Assembly (NCBI GenBank): GCA_965246885.1
Contig: OZ251992.1
Location: 2,592,001 to 2,656,000 of the forward strand
DNA: 64,000 nt
Origin: Abditibacterium sp.
Lineage (GTDB): Bacteria; Armatimonadota; Abditibacteriia; Abditibacteriales; Abditibacteriaceae
Direction: 5' to 3'
Position 1 is the first letter of the stretch. The number at the start of each line of letters is the position of its first letter. The position numbers and the translations under genes were made by a program. The notes beneath the pieces were generated by a model. It was not told the DNA's origin. It searched no databases and was given only the letters and a program-made list of their open reading frames with translations. Of this stretch, positions 12,023 through 21,888 are shown in pieces.

Positions 12023-12250
12023 GTGCTTCTGCCTCCTTCCTCTGCTCCCCGCCGCGCGTTCTTGGATTGGGGCGGGTGCGGCTGTTGTTTGGTCGTCCTT
12101 TTGAATCTGCCGTTCTTGGCCATCCCATTGGTAATCGTCGGTGTTGCTAAACAACTCAGCGACGAGAGTAAAGCCCGCAAACAAGCGACAAAAGACCTGC
12201 CGCCCATTGCCGACCCGAACCCGCCCTCCGAAGACGATGCCACTCCCTGA
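12023..12250 (+). CDS. Possible small membrane protein
   Basis: GCGCCLVVLLNLPFLAIPLVIVG hydrophobic stretch; overlaps the next start; GTG start assumed. Confidence 0.4.
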   Translation: MLLPPSSAPRRAFLDWGGCGCCLVVLLNLPFLAIPLVIVGVAKQLSDESKARKQATKDLPPIADPNPPSEDDATP

Positions 12251-12665
12251 AAACCCGCCGCTTGGCCGCTTGCCGTTTCCTGTTCCCGACCAGTTCCCGC
12301 CCGATTTGGCGGAGTTTTGGGAGTTGTGGCGTCACGAGAAGTTCTGGGCGTGCCACGAGGCGCTCGAAGAAGTCTGGAAAGCCGAGGCGGACGCGGGGCG
12401 CAAGCAGTTCTTGCAGGGGCTGATTCATGGCGCGGTGGCGGTTTTTCAATTCCGGCGCGGGAACTACGTCGGGGCGGTGCGGCAACAGACGCGGGCGTGG
12501 TGGCGGATGCAAGCGTCGCGGCCAGAGCGGGACGGGGTGGATGTGACGGCGTTTCTGGTTCGTATCGAGGTGGAGATCCTGCCGTCGTGGGCGCATCTGA
12601 CCGAAAAGCAACTGGTGGACTGCGATGAATTGCAGGAGCGGTTGCGGCGTTCCTACTCCTCCTAA
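12237..12665 (+). CDS. DUF309-domain protein
   Basis: FWACHEALEEVW...FLQGLI motif. Confidence 0.88.
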   Translation: MPLPENPPLGRLPFPVPDQFPPDLAEFWELWRHEKFWACHEALEEVWKAEADAGRKQFLQGLIHGAVAVFQFRRGNYVGAVRQQTRAWWRMQASRPERDGVDVTAFLVRIEVEILPSWAHLTEKQLVDCDELQERLRRSYSS

Positions 12666-12727
12666 ACACATTCATTCCTATTCCCTTCCCTACCCCGCGA
12701 GGGGGATTTGTTAAACCTTTCTCTATC

Positions 12728-14383
12728 ATGTCCGTTGATCCGACCAACCTGCGCTCCGCCAAACTCAAGTTCGCCGAAGATGGCCGCCCCGCCACGCTCG
12801 CCGCGATGGGCGACGACCGCGCCAACCTGACCCGCAACGAGCGCATCAAAATCGAGAAGTTGCCGCCGCTCGTGTGGCGCGACATCGTCGAGAACTACGC
12901 CAAAAACGGCTACTCCTCCATCTCCGAGGACGACATGGAGCGGTTCAAATGGGTCGGCGTGTATCAGCAACGCCCCAAAGAGGGCCACTTCATGATGCGC
13001 ATCAAAGTCGCGGGCGGCATCGCGCCGACCGCCCAGATTCGCGGCTTCGCGTCTATCGCCCGCAAATATGCCGACTCCGTCGCCGACATCACCACGCGCC
13101 AAGCGATTCAACTGCACTGGCTCACCATCGAGAACATGCCCGCCGTCATGGACGACCTCGAAGCCATTGATTTGGGCATCAACAAAGGCTTCTTCGGCGC
13201 GTGCGGCGACGTGACGCGCAACATCGTCACTTCCCCGCTCACCGGCATCGAGCCGGAACAGGTCATTGACCCGCTCCCCTTCCTCAACGAGGCCAACTAC
13301 TTCTTCTCGACCGCGCCTGAATACGCCGACCTGCCGCGCAAGTTCAAGGTCGCCATCCTTGGCCACCGCGACGGCGGGCAAGTCGAAATCAACGACCTTT
13401 CCTTCTACGGCGTCCAACAAAACGGCGAAACCGGCTACCGCGTGATGGTTGGCGGCGGCCTATCAACCGAGCCGCACATCGCCCAAGACCTCGGCGTGTT
13501 CGTCCGGCCTGACCAAGCCATGAAGGTGTTTGAAGCCGTCGTGCAAACCTACCGCGACTTCGGCTACCGCAAGAGCCGCAAGCACGCGCGCATCAAATAT
13601 CTTGTCGCCGACTGGGGCGCCGAGAAATTCCTCGCCGAGTGCGAGAACGTGTTGGGCTACTCGCTCGAAAAAGCCGAGTCCGCGCCCGCCCCGACCAAAG
13701 GCTACGAAGACCACTACGGTGCCCGCCCGCAAATCCAAGCGGGCCTGTTTTGCGTGGGCGTCCCCGTCATCGGCGGGCGCGTGACGAGCGATCAGTGGGA
13801 CGGCATCGCCGACATCGCCGACCAGTTCGGCTCCGGCGAAGTGCGCTTCACGGTGATGCAGTCGTTCTACATCCCCAACGTCAAGAGCGCCGACGTGCCG
13901 ACAGTCGAAGCCAAGTTAGTCGGGTTGGGCTTCAACATGGCGCCGTCGCCGCTTTACTCCGGCATGGTCGCTTGCACGGGCATCCAATACTGCAACCTCG
14001 CCGTCGCCGAAACCAAGAACCGCGCCAAGAGCGTCGCCCTGTGGCTCGACTCCAACGTCAAGTTCTCCGAAGCCGAGCATTTCCGCGTCAACATCAACGG
14101 TTGCCCCAACTCGTGCGGCCAGCACTGGATCGCCGACATCGGCTTGCAAGGCTGCCAAAAGAAGGTGGACGGCGTCCTTAAGGAACACTTCGATGTGTTC
14201 TTGGGCGGCTCCCTCGGCACCGACGCCCGCTTCAACCGCCGCATCAAGCGCATTGACGGCGACGACCTCGAAGTCACCGTCAAAAAGATCATCGAGTCCT
14301 ACCAGTCCACCCGCCAAGGCGAGGAATCCTTCGCCAAGTTTGTGGAGCGGCAAACGGACGAAGAGTTGGAACTGCTGTTCTAA
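12728..14383 (+). CDS. Ferredoxin-dependent nitrite/sulfite reductase (siroheme, 4Fe-4S)
   Basis: ITTRQAIQLH, LPRKFK, CTGIQYC and GCPNSCGQH motifs. Confidence 0.95.
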   Translation: MSVDPTNLRSAKLKFAEDGRPATLAAMGDDRANLTRNERIKIEKLPPLVWRDIVENYAKNGYSSISEDDMERFKWVGVYQQRPKEGHFMMRIKVAGGIAPTAQIRGFASIARKYADSVADITTRQAIQLHWLTIENMPAVMDDLEAIDLGINKGFFGACGDVTRNIVTSPLTGIEPEQVIDPLPFLNEANYFFSTAPEYADLPRKFKVAILGHRDGGQVEINDLSFYGVQQNGETGYRVMVGGGLSTEPHIAQDLGVFVRPDQAMKVFEAVVQTYRDFGYRKSRKHARIKYLVADWGAEKFLAECENVLGYSLEKAESAPAPTKGYEDHYGARPQIQAGLFCVGVPVIGGRVTSDQWDGIADIADQFGSGEVRFTVMQSFYIPNVKSADVPTVEAKLVGLGFNMAPSPLYSGMVACTGIQYCNLAVAETKNRAKSVALWLDSNVKFSEAEHFRVNINGCPNSCGQHWIADIGLQGCQKKVDGVLKEHFDVFLGGSLGTDARFNRRIKRIDGDDLEVTVKKIIESYQSTRQGEESFAKFVERQTDEELELLF

Positions 14384-14387
14384 CACG

Positions 14388-14418
14388 AAGCGCCCGCCGA
14401 TTGCTCGGCGGGCGTTTT
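14388..14418 (+). terminator. Rho-independent terminator
   Basis: AAGCGCCCGCCGA-TTGC-TCGGCGGGCGTTTT between convergent genes. Confidence 0.75.
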
Positions 14419-14814
14419 AGTTCCACTGCTTAGACTTCTCCATGTTCTTCTTCAGGTAGCGCAACAAGAACAGCCAGTCGTCGGTGTAGAGACGCTCTTT
14501 CAACTCGTTGATGTACACGACTTCGGCTTCCAAAGACGAGGCGCGGTCAAGGGCATCTTCGAGCGCGCGCACGACGGCGAAGTCGTAGTTCCACCGTTTG
14601 TCCATTCGGTCGGCAACCGGAACTCCAATGCGCTGAGGCCGCAACAGTCAAGCGTGCAGTTACTCTCGAAGCGCAGTAGCCGCTCCAACAAGACGTGCGG
14701 CAGGGCGTCCAACTTCCACGCGAGACGGGCGTCCGACGTGACGGGGCGAAAGCGGAAGACGCCCCGCTCGTCAAAGAACGGCGGTTCGGGTTTGCAATGG
14801 GCAACCTTTTTCAT
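14417..14814 (-). pseudogene. Frameshifted hypothetical gene (C-x3-CCG-x2-A motif, DUF6331-like)
   Basis: N-half MKKVAH...CTLDCCGLSALEF and protein-like C-half ...YINELKERLYTDDWLFLLRYL lie in different frames that switch near 14600. Confidence 0.45.
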
Positions 14815-14934
14815 ACCGCCCACTCCCCGGCGGGCGGCAGATTGCGGCTCAGGGTCAGGCTCATGGGCGTTAGTTTCACCCGCGCGGGTGGGGCGCGGGT
14901 TTTGTCCGCCAATTTGCAAGGAGAGCGGGCGTCC

Positions 14935-15873
14935 ATGCCATCCTTCTCCGACACCGACGCTGCGCTTTTCGAACTGGGGCGCCTTTTGCGCGACTCTGGT
15001 TACTCCTTTACGACGGCTACGCCCACCACGCACACGCGGGTCAATGCGCGCGCGGGGAACGAGTTCGCGCGCAACGTGCGCGGCGTGTTCGGGTGGAGCC
15101 GCTCCTTCTTCCCCGCTATTTTGCCGCCGCGCCTATGGGAGTTAATGGGACGCGCAGGCATTGCCCGGCCAGACGGCGAGCGGTGGAAGTGCACGCTTCG
15201 CTTGTCGTCGCTGGGCGGCAACTTGTTCTTTCACTCCGCGTTTCCGACGACCGATGCCGATTCCGTCTTCTTCGGCCCAGACACCTACCGCTTCGCCCGC
15301 GCCATCGCCGCCCACTTCGAGCGCCATACCCAACCCGTCCGGCGAGCGGTGGATATTGGCACCGGGTCGGGCGTCGGGGCGATTTTGGTCGCTCAGGCGC
15401 GGCCCGATGCCCTCCTGTTCGGGGCCGACATTAACCCCGTCGCCCTCCGCTTGGCGCGCGTCAACGCCGCCCTGAACGGTGCCAACGTCGAGACGCGCGA
15501 ATCGAACCTCTTGGCGGGCGTCGAGGGCGAGTTTGACCTGATCGTCGCTAATCCGCCTTACTTAGTGGATGAAGCGGAGCGCGCTTACCGGCACGGCGGC
15601 GGGCCGTTGGGCGCGGGCCTATCGCTCGCCATCGTAGACGCCGCCCTCGAACGCTTAGCGCGCGGCGGCGCCTTGCTGCTGTACACCGGCGCCGCGATGG
15701 TGGACGGGAACGACCCCTTCCGCGATGCCCTCGAAGCCAAACTCAACGCCCACGATTGCGCTTGGTTCTACGAGGAAACCGACCCCGACATCTTCGGTGA
15801 GGAGTTGGAGTGCCCCGCCTACGAACGCGCCGACCGCATCGCGGCGGTCGTGCTTTCGGTCGAGAAAAACTAA
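14935..15873 (+). CDS. Class I SAM-dependent methyltransferase (HemK-like)
   Basis: VFFGPDTYRF, VDIGTGSG and IVANPPY motifs. Confidence 0.9.
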   Translation: MPSFSDTDAALFELGRLLRDSGYSFTTATPTTHTRVNARAGNEFARNVRGVFGWSRSFFPAILPPRLWELMGRAGIARPDGERWKCTLRLSSLGGNLFFHSAFPTTDADSVFFGPDTYRFARAIAAHFERHTQPVRRAVDIGTGSGVGAILVAQARPDALLFGADINPVALRLARVNAALNGANVETRESNLLAGVEGEFDLIVANPPYLVDEAERAYRHGGGPLGAGLSLAIVDAALERLARGGALLLYTGAAMVDGNDPFRDALEAKLNAHDCAWFYEETDPDIFGEELECPAYERADRIAAVVLSVEKN

Positions 15874-16103
15874 GGGCGCTTTGGCTTACTCACGGCGCCA
15901 ACGAAAACTAAAACCGCACCGAGGAGCAGAAGAACGGGCACCGAAAACACGCATATCGCCAGCGCCGTCAACAGTGGCAACGTCATCGGGTCATTGATTG
16001 GCATGGCTTTAAGAGGAGGCCAAGCGAACTCTTCGGCGACGCGCAGGACAACACCCAGCGCCAGCAGGACACAGCCAATTTTCACCGTCACGTTCATAGG
16101 CAC
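15870..16103 (-). CDS. Small two-TM hypothetical protein
   Basis: 77 aa with two hydrophobic helices. Confidence 0.5.
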   Translation of the reverse strand: MPMNVTVKIGCVLLALGVVLRVAEEFAWPPLKAMPINDPMTLPLLTALAICVFSVPVLLLLGAVLVFVGAVSKPKRP

Positions 16104-16166
16104 AAAAGAGGAAAACTCAAAGCGGCAAGCGCTTTGAGTCTACAAAGGGGACAATGAGCGCGCCCT

Positions 16167-17582
16167 TTAGCCCAGCATGTCATTGAAGATGCGCGTCGCC
16201 ACCAACCCCGCCGCGCTGTGATGAAGCGCCGGGGACATGAGCGAAATAAGAAGGGCAATTTCTTCTTCTTGCGAGCGCACGGACGCGAGTTGATGGTGCA
16301 GAGCATTCACTTCTTCGTCGAAGTCCGACGCACCGCCCGGAGTGCCATCGGGTTTAGCGGCGGCCCGCAAACGCTGTTTGGCCTCAAAGGAAGCGGCGGC
16401 GCGGGACGAGCGCGCGAGTTGCGGGTCGTTGAGTGCATCACCCGCGATGTAATCGTAGATGACCTGCTTCTCATACGCCGAAAAGACGCCGAACATTTTG
16501 GCTTGCTCGCCTTCTATCAGCTTCCAGAATCGGCTTTGGCGCGGGTCGGTGTGGCGCTTGAACCAGCCCTCGACTTCCATCTGATGCAGAAATTCTTCGG
16601 CTTCGAGCGGGTTCGCCAGCCAGTCGTTGACGCTCCGCGCGCCCACTTGACGGTAATCCGAGTGCGCGAACTGACCGACGACGCCCTTGCGCGCGAAGAT
16701 GTCAATCAATTCGCGCCGGAGGTCGAAAGAACCAATGATATCGTTCGTCCCGATGCCAATGTCGTTGAGCAAGAAGCCATTGCGCACGCGACGCAGCCAT
16801 TCTTCCGCGTTACCTAAGCGAGGCATCGTCTCGAACACCGCGTCCACCGCTTTACGCGCATGGCCCGAATCGGCGTTGTCTACGGTGATATGCAGCGTAA
16901 AGTAATAGGGGTCAACCCCCAGTTCGTGCAACTCATACGCGCAAATCAGCAGGTGCAAAGGCAACTGCTCGTAGCCCAAATTGAAGCCGATGATTTCCGG
17001 CAAGAAGTGGTCGGCGTTATACGCGAGGGCCAGTTGGATTGCGCCTTGCGTGAAGTTGGCGTCCGGCATGTTGTCGAAGTGCTCCAAGCCCTGCGAGGCG
17101 AGCAGCTTGCGATACAAGACGACGTGGTTCTTGGTCGGCAAGCCCTCGCCCAACTCTTCGAGATACGTCTGGATGAGCGCGCCAAAGCGGGCGTCCTGCC
17201 AATGCGACAAAAGGCCATACAGCCACGCACCATCCACCAACTTGGTGGGCGACGCTTGCTTGATAAAGTGCAGGGCGCTCGACTTGGACGGGAAAAAGCG
17301 GCGCGGCTCGCCTGCCTTGCGCGCTTCGAGGTAGTCGTGATAGCGGCGACCGACTTCGGCGGTGGAACGTTCCATCCACGCGACAAGCTCGTGGGGGTTG
17401 TTGGGCAAATCGCACGGCAACTGCGCCGCTTCACCGAGTTGTTCACACAAAAAATCGGCGGCCCGTTCGCGCGCGGCGTGGTCGAAGTTCCCGCCAAACA
17501 GATCAAAATAAACGTCGCGCGGTGAGCGGGCCACTTCTCGTTCAAGGGTGGAAGTTTCAGGAGTGGAAGAGAATGAAGTCAT
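16167..17582 (-). CDS. Iron-containing redox enzyme (heme-oxygenase-like diiron oxidase family)
   Basis: LVDGAWL, YLEELGEG..KNH, GYEQLPLHL and YFTLHITVDNADSGHA Glu/His ligand pattern. Confidence 0.85.
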   Translation of the reverse strand: MTSFSSTPETSTLEREVARSPRDVYFDLFGGNFDHAARERAADFLCEQLGEAAQLPCDLPNNPHELVAWMERSTAEVGRRYHDYLEARKAGEPRRFFPSKSSALHFIKQASPTKLVDGAWLYGLLSHWQDARFGALIQTYLEELGEGLPTKNHVVLYRKLLASQGLEHFDNMPDANFTQGAIQLALAYNADHFLPEIIGFNLGYEQLPLHLLICAYELHELGVDPYYFTLHITVDNADSGHARKAVDAVFETMPRLGNAEEWLRRVRNGFLLNDIGIGTNDIIGSFDLRRELIDIFARKGVVGQFAHSDYRQVGARSVNDWLANPLEAEEFLHQMEVEGWFKRHTDPRQSRFWKLIEGEQAKMFGVFSAYEKQVIYDYIAGDALNDPQLARSSRAAASFEAKQRLRAAAKPDGTPGGASDFDEEVNALHHQLASVRSQEEEIALLISLMSPALHHSAAGLVATRIFNDMLG

Positions 17583-17851
17583 GGCGTTGGGCGCCCACGC
17601 GAGCGCGTAAGGCGTGATTCAAACGGATAACACGAACAATATGGGCGATGTGGATGGAAATACACCTTTGCAATTCGCCTTCCAAAGCGCCAAATCCAAG
17701 GGATTACCCGCAGTTTTTTAGTCAACGCCCACGCGCTGCGTACGTTTCTTACAAAGAGTTATGTTGGCGATGAGGAGCGTTTCTTCACCCACTTGCGGCA
17801 GAAGGCAAAAAAGGGGTGGTTAAACTTCCCGGTGCTTCCGCACTTCTCTTT

Positions 17852-20458
17852 ATGGCCCGTTCCACGTCCGCCCCCATCGCCGTTTCTCCGGGTAACTCCT
17901 CCCCGGCACCCGCGCTCGCCGCGCCGCGCTTTGGCCACTCCTTTTGGTGGTATCTGAAATGGTTCTTCATCATGCTGCAAGCGGTGGTGTTTTGCGCGCT
18001 CATCGTCGCGGCAACAGCGGCCAAGGGCATCTATGACGAGTTGCCGGGAGTTGTGCCCGATTTGCGCTTGCTGCTCGCCAAAGACCGCGCGGCGCCTTCG
18101 CGCGTTTACGCTGCTGATGGGAGCCTCCTCGCCGAGTTCAAAACGCAAGAGCGCAAGTGGATTCCCCTCGATGACCTCAAGACATTTAAAAGCGAGAAGG
18201 GGCAGGTCGTCGTCACTCCCGGACGCCTTATCGCCGCGACGCTTTCCATCGAAGACGCGCGCTTTTACACCCACCCCGGCGTGGACGCCAAGCGCATTGT
18301 CGGCGCACTGATTGCCAACTTCAAAGCGGGCGGCGTGTCGCAAGGCGGCTCGACCATCACCGAACAGTTAGCCAAGAACGTTTACCTTAACCGCTCGCGC
18401 ACCACGAAGCGGCGCCTTTCCACCGCGCTTATCGCCCTCCAATTAGAGCGCAAGCTGTCCAAAGACGAAATCCTCGAAGCCTACCTCAACGACATCTTCT
18501 ACGGCAACCGCGCTTACGGCTGCGAAGCGGGCGCCCAGACGTACTTCGGAAAGCACGCGCGCGACCTATCCATTTCCGAGGCCGCCCTCCTCGCCGGGTT
18601 GCCGCAAAGCCCCACTAACCTCGACCCTTGGAAACATTTCGACCACGCCAAAAAGCGCCAACGCATCGTGCTCCACGAGATGCAGCAGAACTGGCTCATC
18701 ACCTACCCGCAATACCTCGCGGCCTTAAAGGATGAGTCGGTCGAAGCTGAAATCAAGGCGGGACGGCGCCGCGCTCAGCGTGACCGGGCGCAGGTCAAAC
18801 GCTGGAAGTCGCCGTACTTCGTGTCCTACGTGCGGCAATACCTCAAAAAGCAGTACGGTTACGACCTCGACCAGCCAGGCCTTATCGTGCGCACCTCGCT
18901 TGACCCCAAGCTCCAGCAAATTGCCAACGCCGTGATGCACGAACAAGTCCGGCAACACGGGGAATACTTGCAAGGCGCGCTCGTTTCCATTGACCCTTGG
19001 ACGGGACAGGTCGTGGCGATGGTGGGCGGTCTGGACTACTACGGCAAGAACGGCCAATTCAACCGCGCCGTCCAAGGCAAGCGGCAACCCGGCTCGACGA
19101 TGAAGCCGTATATCTACGCGACTGCGATGGAAGCGGGCCTCACGCCCGATACGGTCATGGAGGATTCACCGCTCTTTTTGTGCGGCGACAAAGAGTGCCG
19201 CGACGGGCGCGAGGGGCGCGGGCGTGAACTGCGCAACTACGACCGCGATCATCATGGCGCCATGACGTTGCGCGAAGCCATCGCCATGTCCAACAACGTC
19301 ATCGCCACCAAACTGCTGCTACGCGTCGGCATCCAAAACGCCATCCTCAAAGCGCACTTGATGGGCGTCCAATCGAGCCTGACACCCGTGCCCAGCCTCG
19401 CGCTTGGCACGTCTGAACTGTCTCTTTTAGAGCACGTTTCGGCGTACGGCGTCTTTGCGACCAAAGGCTTACGGGCCGACGCGACTCCAATTGTCAAAGT
19501 TGAAAACGGCGCGGGCGAAGTTCTCGTAGACCAAAGCGGGCCGGTGCGAGCCGCCCGCGTGCTTTCCAAGAACGCCGCCAATTATATGTACGAGATGTTG
19601 CGCAACAACGTCACCAATGGCACGGGGCGCCCGGTGCAAATCGAGGGCGTCGAACTCATCGGCAAAACTGGCACGACCAGTTCCAACAAGGACGTGTGGT
19701 TCATGGGCGCCAGCCCGCAACTCGTGACCGGCGTGTGGATGGGCTACGACAAGCCCAAGCCATTGGGCTACGGCAGCGCGGGCGGCAAGTGGTGCGGCCC
19801 CGCGTTTCGCCAGTTCATGCTGGAGGCTTTGCCCGTGTGGGCGACGCGCAAACCGATGGAGAAACTGGTTGAGGACGCTCGCGCAACGGCACAACGGCGC
19901 TTCGTGGCACAGCAATACAAGCAGTACATCAAAGTCCGCATTTGCAACGAGAGCGGCTTGCTCGCCACCAAGGGTTGTCCCGACACGAAGATGGAAGTCT
20001 TCAGCGCGGCGGGCGGCGCCCCAACGCAATACTGCCCGTTGCACGGCAAAAGCCCGACCGAAGAGCGCCGCTTGTCGCAAGGCGGGGCACCGCCGGGAGC
20101 TTATGATTTGGGCGCCCCCGTCCGTCAAAACGGGGGAAGCGGTGGGGGTAATAATAACCCCGGCGCCGACAACGGGCCGGGTAACGTGCCCAACGCGCAA
20201 GGCGGCGCTGTCGGGGAAGACGGACAATCGGGCGCCGACGACCCGAACGCACAGGCCCAGCGCGAATACCGCCGCGACCAAAACGCCGACGACGCGGGCG
20301 GCGCGCCCCCCCCGCATCAGGGCGACGGCATCGTCACCTTGGAGGGAGGGAGTGCTTCCCCGCAACGGCGGAATTCCGGCGGCGGGGGTCAGGTTCTCCC
20401 CGACAACGACACTCCGCAAACCTTGGACGGTTATAGCGGCACCTCGCGGGGACAATAA
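17852..20458 (+). CDS. Class A penicillin-binding protein (PBP1A family)
   Basis: EDARFYTHPGVD and GGSTITEQLAKN (glycosyltransferase); STMK, SNN and KTGT (transpeptidase). Confidence 0.96.
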   Translation: MARSTSAPIAVSPGNSSPAPALAAPRFGHSFWWYLKWFFIMLQAVVFCALIVAATAAKGIYDELPGVVPDLRLLLAKDRAAPSRVYAADGSLLAEFKTQERKWIPLDDLKTFKSEKGQVVVTPGRLIAATLSIEDARFYTHPGVDAKRIVGALIANFKAGGVSQGGSTITEQLAKNVYLNRSRTTKRRLSTALIALQLERKLSKDEILEAYLNDIFYGNRAYGCEAGAQTYFGKHARDLSISEAALLAGLPQSPTNLDPWKHFDHAKKRQRIVLHEMQQNWLITYPQYLAALKDESVEAEIKAGRRRAQRDRAQVKRWKSPYFVSYVRQYLKKQYGYDLDQPGLIVRTSLDPKLQQIANAVMHEQVRQHGEYLQGALVSIDPWTGQVVAMVGGLDYYGKNGQFNRAVQGKRQPGSTMKPYIYATAMEAGLTPDTVMEDSPLFLCGDKECRDGREGRGRELRNYDRDHHGAMTLREAIAMSNNVIATKLLLRVGIQNAILKAHLMGVQSSLTPVPSLALGTSELSLLEHVSAYGVFATKGLRADATPIVKVENGAGEVLVDQSGPVRAARVLSKNAANYMYEMLRNNVTNGTGRPVQIEGVELIGKTGTTSSNKDVWFMGASPQLVTGVWMGYDKPKPLGYGSAGGKWCGPAFRQFMLEALPVWATRKPMEKLVEDARATAQRRFVAQQYKQYIKVRICNESGLLATKGCPDTKMEVFSAAGGAPTQYCPLHGKSPTEERRLSQGGAPPGAYDLGAPVRQNGGSGGGNNNPGADNGPGNVPNAQGGAVGEDGQSGADDPNAQAQREYRRDQNADDAGGAPPPHQGDGIVTLEGGSASPQRRNSGGGGQVLPDNDTPQTLDGYSGTSRGQ

Positions 20459-20624
20459 GACGTCCGTCACTCGTTGACAGACGACGGCGGGTGGAAACGG
20501 GAAGAAGTGGGCGCGTCAGAGACGTCTGTCAGCCATTCCCAGACGGCGGCGCCTCAGTGACAGACGTCTGTCAGCCATTCCCAGACGGCGGCGACTCGGC
20601 GACAGACGTCTGTCACCGGGGCGC
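20458..20624. repeat. Degenerate tandem array B, 21-bp period with a 42-bp higher-order repeat
   Basis: AGACG recurs at 20458, 20479, 20520, 20541, 20562, 20583 and 20604; palindrome TGACAGACGTCTGTCA at 20558-20573. Confidence 0.85.
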
Positions 20625-20682
20625 CGCCGCCGCTCGCACCGCCGCGTCGGGGCCGCGAATTGCTACACCTTCCTTTGATTTT

Positions 20683-21711
20683 ATGCCCGAACTCCGCAAA
20701 GACCCAATTTTAGACCGTTGGGTCATCATCGCCACCGACCGCTCGCGCCGCCCCAACGACTTCTCATCCCAGACCATCGCTCCCACCCCGACCGACAGCG
20801 TCTTCTCACCCGGCAACGAAGATAAAACGCCGTCCGAGGTCTTCCAAATCGGGCGCGCGTCTGGCGCCGCCAAGGATTCGAGCGGCTGGCGCGTGCGCGT
20901 CGTGCCCAACAAATTCCCGGCCTTATCTTCCGAGGGCGCGTTGGATTCGCGCGCGGCGGGTATGTTCGACGTGATGAACGGCGTCGGCGCGCATGAGGTC
21001 GTTATCGAACATCCGAGCGCTGCGTGGGATTTGTCCGACGCCACGTCGGAACAAATGGGCGAAGTTTTGGACGCTTATGTTGCCCGCAACCGCGCTCTCT
21101 CCGACGACGCGCGCTATCGCTACATCCTCACGTTCCGCAACTTCGGCACCCTCGCAGGAGCCTCGATTAACCACCCGCACTCGCAGATCATCGCCCTTCC
21201 CGTCGTGCCGCGCCAAATCAAAGACCAGCTGGACTGCGCCCGCGAACACTTCCACGAAAAGCTACGCTCCATCTACGCCGACCTTTTGCGCCAAGAAGTA
21301 GACGGCGGCGCGCGCATTGTCGAAGAAACCGAGCACTTCGTGGTGCTTTGCCCGTATGCTTCGCGCTTTCCGTTCGAGACGCAAATCTATCCCAAAGGTG
21401 GCGGCGCCCATTTCACCAACCTATCGCCCGCCGAACACGCTGCCCTGTCCGAAGTTTTGCCGCGCACCCTGCGCCGCATCCGGGCCGCGCTGGGCCACCC
21501 GCCCTACAACATGGTCTTCCAAACCGCGCCCATCACCAAAGAGCGCATTGGCAACGCGGGGCAGTGGGACACCCTCGAACACGACTTCTCGTGGCACATT
21601 GACATCCTACCACGCCTCACGCAAGTCGCCGGTTTCGAGTGGGGCACCGGCTTTTACATCAACCCCGTTTCGCCCGAAAACGCTGCGAGCTTTTTGAGGG
21701 ATTCGGATTGA
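20683..21711 (+). CDS. galT: Galactose-1-phosphate uridylyltransferase family (GalT)
   Basis: MPELRKDP, VRVVPNKFPAL, GASINHPHSQ and AGFEWGTG motifs. Confidence 0.92.
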   Translation: MPELRKDPILDRWVIIATDRSRRPNDFSSQTIAPTPTDSVFSPGNEDKTPSEVFQIGRASGAAKDSSGWRVRVVPNKFPALSSEGALDSRAAGMFDVMNGVGAHEVVIEHPSAAWDLSDATSEQMGEVLDAYVARNRALSDDARYRYILTFRNFGTLAGASINHPHSQIIALPVVPRQIKDQLDCAREHFHEKLRSIYADLLRQEVDGGARIVEETEHFVVLCPYASRFPFETQIYPKGGGAHFTNLSPAEHAALSEVLPRTLRRIRAALGHPPYNMVFQTAPITKERIGNAGQWDTLEHDFSWHIDILPRLTQVAGFEWGTGFYINPVSPENAASFLRDSD

Positions 21712-21719
21712 TGGATAAA

Positions 21720-21817
21720 AGCGACTGAAGTCGCAGCCAGCAGAAACGTCAACCTTCGCCGACGGATACCCTCGTCAACGAAGGTTGACGTTTCTGCTGG
21801 CTGCGACTTCAGTCGCT
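21720..21817. repeat. REPIN-like long hairpin 1
   Basis: About 45-bp arms in inverted orientation; each arm ends in the near-palindrome GCGACTGAAGTCGC / GCGACTTCAGTCGC. Confidence 0.85.
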
Positions 21818-21888
21818 CGACACGCATTTTCTCTTCTCACCCGTAACCGGGAACGGCGCGCGGCGAGGTCGCTCTTAAACTTCCCCTT

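Noticed and set aside
21818..21888. Cobalamin, SAM or SAH riboswitch upstream of metH
   Set aside because: No recognisable conserved motifs; the intergenic space is mostly the REPIN-like hairpin
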